From Bacteroidales bacterium (lineage in GTDB: Bacteria; Bacteroidota; Bacteroidia; Bacteroidales; VadinHA17), in assembly GCA_032260385.1 (NCBI GenBank), contig JAVVEL010000004.1:9111-73110 (forward strand): DNA of 64,000 nt. The letters run 5' to 3'. The position numbers and the translations under genes are program-made. Below are positions 50,411-58,310 of the stretch, one piece after another (the stretch's first letter is position 1; the number at the start of each line of letters is the position of its first letter). The notes beneath the pieces were generated by a model that saw only the letters and a list, made by a program, of their open reading frames with translations, had not been told where the DNA came from and ran no database searches.

Positions 50411-51136
50411 ATGGAAAAGGTAGCAGAATTAATACCAAGGGCAGGCTCAGCCTACAAGAATGGCTGGCGGGTGATGTCAAAGAATTTCATAACACTGTTC
50501 CTGGTTTTATTGATAATCTTTGTAGCAAGCGCACCGCTCAGTGTGACTTTCAATATTTCTGATTTAAAAACACACAACTATGGCATAATTTCTGATTTCA
50601 TGACCGACAGCTATGGCATATTGGCAATTGCAGTAATATTTGTCCAGATATTCGGGCTTGCTTATACATTATTTTTAATATCCCCACTCAAGTACGGGCG
50701 GAAATTAGTTTACCTGAAAGCAGCCCGGGATGATAAGTTTGAGGTTTCTGACATGTTTGACTCGTTTAAAAATTACCTTAACGTGGTACTTGCAGCTCTC
50801 TTGAGCGGAGCAATTATCGTTTTTGGGTTTTTCTTTCTTATCATACCGGGTATTGTTTTCGCCTGCCGCCTGGTTTTTGTGCCTTACCTGGTGATGGACA
50901 AGAAGCTTGATCCCGTTAAGGCTGTTGAGGAAAGCTGGAGATTGACAAAAGGCCACGGATGGCGAATACTGTGGATGGGAATAATGGCATTTTTCATTTC
51001 AATTGCAGGATTAATTGTCCTCCTTTTCGGGGTCTTTATTGCCGGTATGTGGATAAGTGCTGCGTTTGCTTCCCTTTACCATGCAGTGCTGCTTGAAAAG
51101 GACGAATATGTTGTGCCCAATGGAAATGGTAATTAG
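50411..51136 (+). CDS. hypothetical integral membrane protein
   Basis: 241 aa with 4-5 TM helices. The loop region (KYGRKLVYLKAARDDKFEVSDMF) and the motif IIPGIVFACRLVFVPYLVMD recall DUF975-type membrane proteins. The family is uncertain. Confidence 0.55.
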   Translation: MEKVAELIPRAGSAYKNGWRVMSKNFITLFLVLLIIFVASAPLSVTFNISDLKTHNYGIISDFMTDSYGILAIAVIFVQIFGLAYTLFLISPLKYGRKLVYLKAARDDKFEVSDMFDSFKNYLNVVLAALLSGAIIVFGFFFLIIPGIVFACRLVFVPYLVMDKKLDPVKAVEESWRLTKGHGWRILWMGIMAFFISIAGLIVLLFGVFIAGMWISAAFASLYHAVLLEKDEYVVPNGNGN

Positions 51137-51235
51137 TAATCATCATATCTGCCGGGGCTACGAACCCCTTACATGTAATTATTTGCGAAATATTTTGTTT
51201 TAAATATATTTTACAACCTGCTTTTTTGTTTTCCT

Positions 51236-51263
51236 AACACCGGTTGAGAAACCGGTGTTTTTC
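51236..51263 (+). terminator. intrinsic terminator-like hairpin immediately upstream of the yebC promoter box
   Basis: AACACCGGT-TGAGAA-ACCGGTGTT is a perfect 9-bp stem followed by TTTT. Confidence 0.6.
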
Positions 51264-51264
51264 T

Positions 51265-51272
51265 TATTTTTG
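51265..51272 (+). promoter_or_regulatory. candidate -7 promoter box (TAnnTTTG) for the yebC-family gene
   Basis: TATTTTTG(CAC) lies 25 nt upstream of the ATG at 51297. Confidence 0.45.
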
Positions 51273-51296
51273 CACTGAAATAAAATATTACCAATT

Positions 51297-52049
51297 ATGT
51301 CAGGACATAGCAAATGGTCGACCATAAAGAGGAAGAAGGGTGCCAATGATGCTAAGAGAGGCAAAATGTTTACCCGCTTAATTAAAGAAATTACAATTGC
51401 TGCCAGGGAAGGAGGAGCTGACCCCGAGACCAACCCGGGGCTGCGACTGGCCGTGCAGAATGCCAAAGGGGCAAACATGCCAAAAGAAAACATTGAAAGG
51501 GCTATAAAAAAAGCAACGGGCGATGATGCGGCAAAATATGAAGAGATAAGCTTTGAAGGCTATGCTCCCAACGGAATAGGGGTCTTCGTCGAATGTCTGT
51601 CAGACAATAATAATCGTACGGTTGCCAGCGTAAGATCAGTATTTAACAAATATGGAGGCAGCCTCGGAACAAACGGTTCACTTAGTTTTCTCTTTGACAG
51701 GAAGGGTATATTTACCATAAGAAAGAATGATGATATTGATATGGATGAGTTTGAACTGGAATTGATAGATGCCGGTGCCGAAGAGATTGAAACAGATGAT
51801 GACATGATAACGGTAACATGCGCCATGGAAGATTTTGGAAATCTCAATAAAAAACTTGAGGAGATTGGCGTGGAAGCGGTTAGCGCCGACCTGCAAAGAA
51901 TACCAAATGATACCAGGGTGCTCGATTTGGAAAGCTCCAAGAAAGTCCTCAGGCTCGTGGATGCCCTTGAAGAAGATGATGATGTGCAGAATGTTTTTCA
52001 TAACCTGGAGATGACCGAAGAACTGGCCGCTGAGCTGGAAAAGCAGTAG
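51297..52049 (+). CDS. YebC/PmpR family DNA-binding transcriptional regulator
   Basis: MSGHSKWSTIKRKKGANDAKRGKMFTRLIKEITIAAREGG is a diagnostic N-terminus. Confidence 0.93.
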   Translation: MSGHSKWSTIKRKKGANDAKRGKMFTRLIKEITIAAREGGADPETNPGLRLAVQNAKGANMPKENIERAIKKATGDDAAKYEEISFEGYAPNGIGVFVECLSDNNNRTVASVRSVFNKYGGSLGTNGSLSFLFDRKGIFTIRKNDDIDMDEFELELIDAGAEEIETDDDMITVTCAMEDFGNLNKKLEEIGVEAVSADLQRIPNDTRVLDLESSKKVLRLVDALEEDDDVQNVFHNLEMTEELAAELEKQ

Positions 52050-52077
52050 AAGAGAATAATTTTACTAATTTTGTGGC

Positions 52078-52533
52078 ATGAAAAAATATTTGCTGTTAAT
52101 ACCCTTGCTGGCTTTATGCGCCGTTTTACAGGGACAAAAACTTGTGAAGGCGGAAGAACTGGTGAACGGCAACAGCAGTTACGGGGCAGGCAGGGTGGAA
52201 ATAAAGCAGGATGTCAGAGTTGATTCACTCCTGAGCCGTCATATAATGGCCAATGAGCAAATTGATGGCATAAACGGATATCGAATACAGATTTACAGAG
52301 GCTCAGGACGGAATGCCAGGGAGGAAGCAAATGACGTAATGGCAGAATTTATCTCGAAATTTCCCTCCATCAAATCTTACCCCAGGTTTGATCCGCCCAA
52401 TTATTTTAAAGTCAGGGTCGGAGACTACCGCACAAAGCATGATGCCTATCCCGATTTTATCAGGGTAAAACAGAAATTCCCGAATGCTTATATCGTAACT
52501 GATGTAATATCATACCCCGATCCCGAAAAATAA
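52078..52533 (+). CDS. SPOR domain-containing protein
   Basis: It has a signal peptide and a C-terminal SPOR-like fold (GYRIQIYRGSGRNAREEANDVMAEFISKFP...YFKVRVGDYRTKHDA). Confidence 0.75.
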   Translation: MKKYLLLIPLLALCAVLQGQKLVKAEELVNGNSSYGAGRVEIKQDVRVDSLLSRHIMANEQIDGINGYRIQIYRGSGRNAREEANDVMAEFISKFPSIKSYPRFDPPNYFKVRVGDYRTKHDAYPDFIRVKQKFPNAYIVTDVISYPDPEK

Positions 52534-52536
52534 GCT

Positions 52537-54435
52537 ATGAGTGACGAGATTAAACATGAGTGTGGCATAGCAATGGTGAAGTTGCTGAGGCCGCTCGAGT
52601 ATTTTATTGAGAAATACGGCAGATGGGATTATGGTCTGCAAAAAATGTATCTCCTGATGGAGAAGCAGCATAACAGGGGACAGGATGGCGCAGGAATAGC
52701 AGGCCTGAAAAAGGGAGTAAAACCTGGTGAGAAATATTTCTTCAGACACAGGTCTAACGGGGAAAATCCTATAATGGAAATATTTGATGAAATCTATGAC
52801 GACGTAAAAAAACTGGGATATGAACAGGGAAGAGTTTATGATTATGATTCACTGAGAAAAAACCTTCCTTATGCCTCGGATATATATCTCGGACACGTAC
52901 GCTACGGAACATACGGACTTAATAATATTGAAAATGTTCATCCGGTCATAAGATCAAATAACTGGCGTTCCAGAAATATTGTGCTGGCAGGAAATTTTAA
53001 CCTGACAAACGTCAATGAAATATTCACTTCCCTGGTCGATATAGGCCAGCATCCAACCGATTTTTCAGACACGGTTACCATCCTTGAAAATGTCGGCCAT
53101 TTTCTCGATGAAGAAGTGGAAAACCTGTTCCGTAAATACAGGGAAAAAGGACTTACAAAAAAGGACATATCCCCCCTGATTGAAAGTAATCTGGAAGTAG
53201 CCAAAGTACTTCATAGAGCCAGCAAGAGGTGGGATGGAGGTTATGCAATGGCGGGAATGCTGGGACATGGCGACACCTTCGTAATCAGAGACCCCTGGGG
53301 AATACGCCCTGTTTTCTACTATAATGATGATGAGGTAATAGTGGTGGCATCGGAGCGACCAGTCATACAAACTGTCTTCAACGTAAGAACCGACAGGGTT
53401 GAAGAGCTAAAGCCCGGATATGCCATTATTTCAAAAGCCGATGGGGGAATTAAAGTTGAAATGATCCGTAAACCGGGAACTGAGAGAAAATGCTCTTTTG
53501 AAAGAATATATTTTTCCAGGGGGACTGATAAATCAATATACAGGGAAAGGAAAAAACTGGGTGAACAGCTTACCGGCAGGGTGCTGGATGTAGTTAACCA
53601 TGACCTTGAAAATACAGTCTTTTCCTATATCCCGAATACGGCTGAGAGCGCTTTCTATGGCTTGATAAAGGGATTGGAGGATTACCTGAGAGACCATAAG
53701 ATAGCCCTTATAAGGGGAAAAGGAAATAAACTGTCAGACAAGGAACTGGATATGGTTCTTTCAATAAGACCCCGAATAGAAAAACTGGCAGTAAAGGATG
53801 CAAAACTCAGGACTTTCATAACAGAAGACAAATCAAGGGATGACCTGGTAGGACATGTGTACGATGTAACATACGGGGTTATCAGAAGGGGAATCGACAG
53901 TATGGTGGTGCTTGATGATTCCATTGTAAGGGGAACAACACTTAAAAAAAGTATCGTACAGATACTCGACAGACTCGATCCGAAGAAAATAGTTATTGTA
54001 TCATCATCACCCCAGATAAGGTACCCCGACTGTTACGGAATAGACATGGCCAGGCTGGGAGACTTTATAGCTTTCAGGGCTGCAATTGAATTGTTGAAAA
54101 AAAGGGGGATGAAGGGGAAAATTGAAGAGACCTATGAGAAGGCATTGAGTGAAAACAGGAAAGCTCTTGATGAAATACAGAATGTTGTGAAGGATATTTA
54201 TAATCCCTTTTCTGCTGATGAAATATCAGACCAGATTGCCACTATGCTTAAACTCCCAGTAATTAAGGCCGAGCTTGTGATAATTTACCAGTCCATTGAA
54301 GGGCTTCATGAAGCATGCCCCGGCCACCTAGGCGACTGGTACTTTACGGGAGACTATCCCACTCCGGGGGGCAACAGGGTCGTTAACCAATCCTATATTA
54401 ACTACTTCGAGAAAAAAAATGAACGGGCATACTAA
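52537..54435 (+). CDS. purF: amidophosphoribosyltransferase (long Bacteroidota-type PurF)
   Basis: It has the Ntn nucleophile after a short propeptide (MSDEIKHE|CGIAMV), a GATase class II core (HNRGQDGAGIA, HVRYGT) and a PRTase motif (VVLDDSIVRGTT). Confidence 0.9.
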   Translation: MSDEIKHECGIAMVKLLRPLEYFIEKYGRWDYGLQKMYLLMEKQHNRGQDGAGIAGLKKGVKPGEKYFFRHRSNGENPIMEIFDEIYDDVKKLGYEQGRVYDYDSLRKNLPYASDIYLGHVRYGTYGLNNIENVHPVIRSNNWRSRNIVLAGNFNLTNVNEIFTSLVDIGQHPTDFSDTVTILENVGHFLDEEVENLFRKYREKGLTKKDISPLIESNLEVAKVLHRASKRWDGGYAMAGMLGHGDTFVIRDPWGIRPVFYYNDDEVIVVASERPVIQTVFNVRTDRVEELKPGYAIISKADGGIKVEMIRKPGTERKCSFERIYFSRGTDKSIYRERKKLGEQLTGRVLDVVNHDLENTVFSYIPNTAESAFYGLIKGLEDYLRDHKIALIRGKGNKLSDKELDMVLSIRPRIEKLAVKDAKLRTFITEDKSRDDLVGHVYDVTYGVIRRGIDSMVVLDDSIVRGTTLKKSIVQILDRLDPKKIVIVSSSPQIRYPDCYGIDMARLGDFIAFRAAIELLKKRGMKGKIEETYEKALSENRKALDEIQNVVKDIYNPFSADEISDQIATMLKLPVIKAELVIIYQSIEGLHEACPGHLGDWYFTGDYPTPGGNRVVNQSYINYFEKKNERAY

Positions 54436-55382
54436 AGGCCGATATCGTAATCCTCCCTGTAGGAGGCAAGATGCCGGTTGATCTTTTCTACATACATGTC
54501 CTTGATAGTTATCATTATGCCGGTCTCATTTACATTCCCGAAACTCTCGTTGTGTATGGTCCCAAAGGTACGCATGGTAGGTGAGAGGTTCATGTAGGCA
54601 TTTATCAGTGGGGGAATTGCCTCTCCTATATTCCTGACTTCCTGGGACAGTATTTTATAGTCATCACTGTAATTGTCAGCTGTAAAAATACTTTTCATGA
54701 ATTCATAGTCAATATCAAGAGATATATCTTTTTTAGGCACTACCAATTTGTCAGGATCACTGAAATGCTTCTTCATGAAATAGATTATCATGCTGCGTGC
54801 AAGTACATGGAAATGAGGGTACATGGTGACCTTCCCGAATAAATATTTCACCAAAGAATTTTCAATTACTATAGCACCCAGACCGTCCCAAAGATTATCA
54901 AGTGCAAACAGGCTTTTTCTTCCCTTTGCCCTTGACTGGTAATCAGGCTGTACAAACGACCTTCCCAGTTCCATAAGGTGAGGCAGGTAATCCGTGGTGA
55001 AAGTTTCTGAAAAATAAAAGTAATCAAAAGATGCCATGTCAGAAGGGTCAGCCTTCTTCCTGCTGTTATCATGAATGAAAAACCTGTAGCCCCCGATTAT
55101 ATCCCGGTTTTCCGGATCCCATACAATCAATTGCTGATGTGGTGATTCAACAGAAAAGTCATATTCATCAAGGTCGATGGCCTTGCCTGTTCCACCACCG
55201 GCACTTCTGAAGGTGATCTCCCTTAGCCTTCCCACTTCATGCATGAGCTTGGGGGAATCATGACTGGTAAAAACATATACCTCGTTATTTGCATTGTTTG
55301 TCTTCCGCAAAAGCTCAAGCCCGGCCAGCTCCTTTTCAATCTCATAATGCGGTATTGGATCTACAATCTTCTTCATTATCAT
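54432..55382 (-). CDS. GNAT-family N-acyltransferase (OlsB/GlsB-like, hemolysin-like)
   Basis: I chose the ATG at 55382. Its length and pattern (LREITFRSAGGGTGKAIDLDEYD...YRFF...ELGRSFVQPDYQ) fit lyso-aminolipid N-acyltransferases. It is paired with an acyltransferase immediately upstream. Confidence 0.75.
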   Translation of the reverse strand: MIMKKIVDPIPHYEIEKELAGLELLRKTNNANNEVYVFTSHDSPKLMHEVGRLREITFRSAGGGTGKAIDLDEYDFSVESPHQQLIVWDPENRDIIGGYRFFIHDNSRKKADPSDMASFDYFYFSETFTTDYLPHLMELGRSFVQPDYQSRAKGRKSLFALDNLWDGLGAIVIENSLVKYLFGKVTMYPHFHVLARSMIIYFMKKHFSDPDKLVVPKKDISLDIDYEFMKSIFTADNYSDDYKILSQEVRNIGEAIPPLINAYMNLSPTMRTFGTIHNESFGNVNETGIMITIKDMYVEKINRHLASYREDYDIGL

Positions 55383-55495
55383 TTTATTTGCCCTTTTAAA
55401 TTTAGACCATTTAAATAAAACGGACGAAAGTGTCAATTCAAAAATAATAAAATAAACAATCAATCGACTACTGGCTCCACCGAGCTAAAGTTTCC

Positions 55496-56353
55496 TCACA
55501 GCTTGCTGCAAGGAGAGTCAATTGCTTCAGCAAGTTCATATGACTTGCCTTTCAGCCAGTCGGCCCACTCAACAGCGGTTCTGGATCTGTCAAAAGTTTC
55601 CCATGCTATGGCCTTCCCGAATACGATGTGGAGGTCCTTGTTTTTTTGTTTGAACATCTCATCGGGCAGGTACAGCATTTCGATATTTGCTTTTATGCCC
55701 AGAGCTTTCCTGAAATTGGAGAGATTGTAAAACCAGCTGGAATTTCTGCCGGAAAAATAAACCGGAACTATATCTCTCTTATGTTTGATAGCCTTAACGA
55801 GAAAATTCTTCTGCCAGTCCAGATCCTCAATTTTTCCACGTTTTTTCCTTGAACATAAGCCGGCAGGGAAATATAAAATCTGGGCATCAGAAGCATAAGC
55901 TTCCTCAATCTTAATTGCCGATTCCCTGGCCTGGCTCCCGTGTTTGTTGATAGGCAGGAAGATACCCGACATATTACCGATATTAAGCAGTATGTCATTG
56001 ACAGGGAATTTAATCTCATCAAAATGTTTTGATGCCTCAGTCATAAAAACAAGCCCGTCAAGACCTCCCAGGGGATGATTGGAGACAAAGACATAACGAC
56101 CGGATCCGGGTATATTGTGCTTATTGTGGACCCGGTAATTTATATCAAGGTATTCAAGCCCGGCTTTAACCAGGTCAATATTTTTGAGATTACCATATCT
56201 CGAAAGGAAGTCATTGAGTTCATCTTCATGAATCACCCTCTTCAGATACCTGATTATGAAATTTGGTATTAACCTGGCAAGACCCGGGTTTTTATCCCTG
56301 AATATTTCTTTTATGTCTAACCTGGTCTCAGCTGAAACTGTATTCTCATCCAT
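55496..56353 (-). CDS. lysophospholipid / 1-acyl-sn-glycerol-3-phosphate acyltransferase family protein (OlsA/GlsA-like)
   Basis: It has the acyltransferase HX4D motif in FVSNHPLGGLDG, and further blocks FPAGLCSR and IVPVYFSG. Confidence 0.8.
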   Translation of the reverse strand: MDENTVSAETRLDIKEIFRDKNPGLARLIPNFIIRYLKRVIHEDELNDFLSRYGNLKNIDLVKAGLEYLDINYRVHNKHNIPGSGRYVFVSNHPLGGLDGLVFMTEASKHFDEIKFPVNDILLNIGNMSGIFLPINKHGSQARESAIKIEEAYASDAQILYFPAGLCSRKKRGKIEDLDWQKNFLVKAIKHKRDIVPVYFSGRNSSWFYNLSNFRKALGIKANIEMLYLPDEMFKQKNKDLHIVFGKAIAWETFDRSRTAVEWADWLKGKSYELAEAIDSPCSKL

Positions 56354-56500
56354 ATGTTTGAGCCCCTGATAAATGTTTTATGCTAGTACAAATTTAGTCA
56401 AAAACATCAAACCAGACCTCAGGTAAGAGCCGGATTCTAATCATGGTACAGTGAATCCAGGAATCAATATCTCAAAGAGATATTATTAAAAGTTTTCAAC

Positions 56501-56540
56501 AAAGTGTAAAAAAATGGAGTAAAGTGGAGTAAAGTGGGGA
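56501..56540 (+). promoter_or_regulatory. MraZ operator: four direct 10-bp repeats (consensus AAAGTGGAGT)
   Basis: AAAGTGTAAA / AAAATGGAGT / AAAGTGGAGT / AAAGTGGGGA lie head to tail with an exact 10-bp period, ending 39 nt upstream of the mraZ ATG. Confidence 0.65.
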
Positions 56541-56578
56541 TTTTTTCTTAATTTTACCATCAAACTTGTTTTTTAGAT

Positions 56579-57046
56579 ATGGCCACATTCATAGGTGATT
56601 ACAGTTGCAGGATTGATGCCAAGGGTAGGTTGATCTTCCCGTCTGCTTTCAAAAAGCAGATGCAATCGACTGATGATGATCATTTTGTGGTTAGGAGAGA
56701 CATATTCGAACAGTGCCTGGTACTGTACACATCGGGCGACTGGGAGGAGCAGATGAACAAGATACGGAGCAGGATAAATCCCTATAACAGGGAGCATAAC
56801 AGGTTTCTGCGCAATTTCTTTAAGGGAACGGCCGAGCTCAGCCTTGACAGCAGTAATCGTTTACTTATTCCCCGCAGGCTCATTGAAGTGGCGGGAATAG
56901 ACAGAGAGGTTGTTCTGGCAGGGCAGGATGGGAGGATAGAGATCTGGGCCGGCGAACGATATGAGAAGATTGATATGCCGGTTGATGATTTTGCTGACCT
57001 GGCAGAAAAACTGATGGGAGGTAAATTACCTGAAGGAGAATTATGA
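56579..57046 (+). CDS. mraZ: transcriptional regulator MraZ
   Basis: FIGDYSCRIDAKGRLIFPSAF and a second SpoVT/AbrB-like repeat (LDSSNRLLIPRRL). Confidence 0.95.
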   Translation: MATFIGDYSCRIDAKGRLIFPSAFKKQMQSTDDDHFVVRRDIFEQCLVLYTSGDWEEQMNKIRSRINPYNREHNRFLRNFFKGTAELSLDSSNRLLIPRRLIEVAGIDREVVLAGQDGRIEIWAGERYEKIDMPVDDFADLAEKLMGGKLPEGEL

Positions 57047-57942
57047 TGTTATACCATGTCCCTGCATTGCTGAATGAATGTATTGACGGGCTGAACATTC
57101 AGCCTGACGGGATTTATGTCGATGTAACATTCGGTGGTGGGGGGCACTCGCTTGAGATATTGAAGCGTCTTGACAGGGGCAAGCTGATTGCTTTCGATCA
57201 GGATGAAAATGCTGAAAAAAATAAACCGGTTGACGACCGGTTTCTGTTTATAAATCAGAATTTCCGCTTTCTGAGAAATAACCTGCGCTACCACGGTGTG
57301 GAAAAAATAAACGGGCTCGTGGCTGACCTCGGTGTTTCCTTCAGGCAGTTTGACGATCCGGAGAGAGGCTTTTCATACAGGTTTGAATCAGATCTTGATA
57401 TGAGGATGGACCAGGCTGCCGGTAAAACAGCGGCAGATATTCTGAATAATTACCCTGCAGACCGTCTGCGTAAAATATTTCGCGATTACGGTGAATTCAG
57501 GAATGCAGGCGCTCTTGCTGAAGCAATAGTTGTCTCCAGGTCAGAATCACCCATCCGGACAACAGGTGAACTAATTGAAGCAGTAAGGAAATACTTACCT
57601 GAGCGGACAATGAATAAATATCTGTCGAGATTGTTCCAGTCCTTGCGGATTGAGGTAAACAGGGAGGTTGATTTTCTCAGGGATATGTTATTGCAGGCAA
57701 CGGATATACTCATAAAAGGTGGAAGGATAGCTGTGATAGCCTACCATTCTGTAGAAGACAGGCTTGTGAAAAATTTTTTCAGATACGGAAATTTTGAAGG
57801 ACAGGAACAAAAGGATTTTTATGGCAATACCGAAAGCCCCTTTATACTTGTTAACAGGAAGGTGATAAGTCCTTCCCCCGGAGAGATAAGCAGGAATAAA
57901 AGGGCACGCAGCGCCAGGTTAAGAATTGCAGAAAAGAAATAG
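57043..57942 (+). CDS. rsmH: 16S rRNA (cytosine1402-N4)-methyltransferase RsmH
   Basis: HVPALLNECIDGL, YVDVTFGGGGHS, GLVADLGVSFRQFD, YHSVEDRLVK and ARSARLR. Confidence 0.95.
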   Translation: MMLYHVPALLNECIDGLNIQPDGIYVDVTFGGGGHSLEILKRLDRGKLIAFDQDENAEKNKPVDDRFLFINQNFRFLRNNLRYHGVEKINGLVADLGVSFRQFDDPERGFSYRFESDLDMRMDQAAGKTAADILNNYPADRLRKIFRDYGEFRNAGALAEAIVVSRSESPIRTTGELIEAVRKYLPERTMNKYLSRLFQSLRIEVNREVDFLRDMLLQATDILIKGGRIAVIAYHSVEDRLVKNFFRYGNFEGQEQKDFYGNTESPFILVNRKVISPSPGEISRNKRARSARLRIAEKK

Positions 57943-57944
57943 GG

Positions 57945-58307
57945 ATGGGAAAAAGTAATAAATCTACTGTGAATAATGGCAGCCCAAAAGGAGAAGGATT
58001 CATTAAGAGCCTTATCAGTGGCTCTTTATTCAGTGAAAGAATTATTCTGGGGAACCTTCCATTGATATTTATGCTCACGGTTCTCGGGGCCTTCTACATA
58101 GGCAACAGGTTTCACGCAGAAAAAATAATAAGGAAGACCGACGTTTTGCTTGAAGAAGTTAAGGAACTGAGGGCTGAAGCAATGGCTACGGCATCTGAGC
58201 TTATGTTTCTGAGCAAACAATCGCAGGTAATAAACCAGGTAAAACAGCGCGGACTTGAATTGGAGGAGATGAAGGAGCCTCCTTTTAAACTGGTGGTAAA
58301 ACAATAG
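57945..58307 (+). CDS. FtsL-like cell division protein
   Basis: 120 aa. It has a single TM helix (LPLIFMLTVLGAFYIG) followed by a coiled-coil. It occupies the canonical position between rsmH and ftsI. Confidence 0.65.
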   Translation: MGKSNKSTVNNGSPKGEGFIKSLISGSLFSERIILGNLPLIFMLTVLGAFYIGNRFHAEKIIRKTDVLLEEVKELRAEAMATASELMFLSKQSQVINQVKQRGLELEEMKEPPFKLVVKQ

Positions 58308-58310
58308 ACT

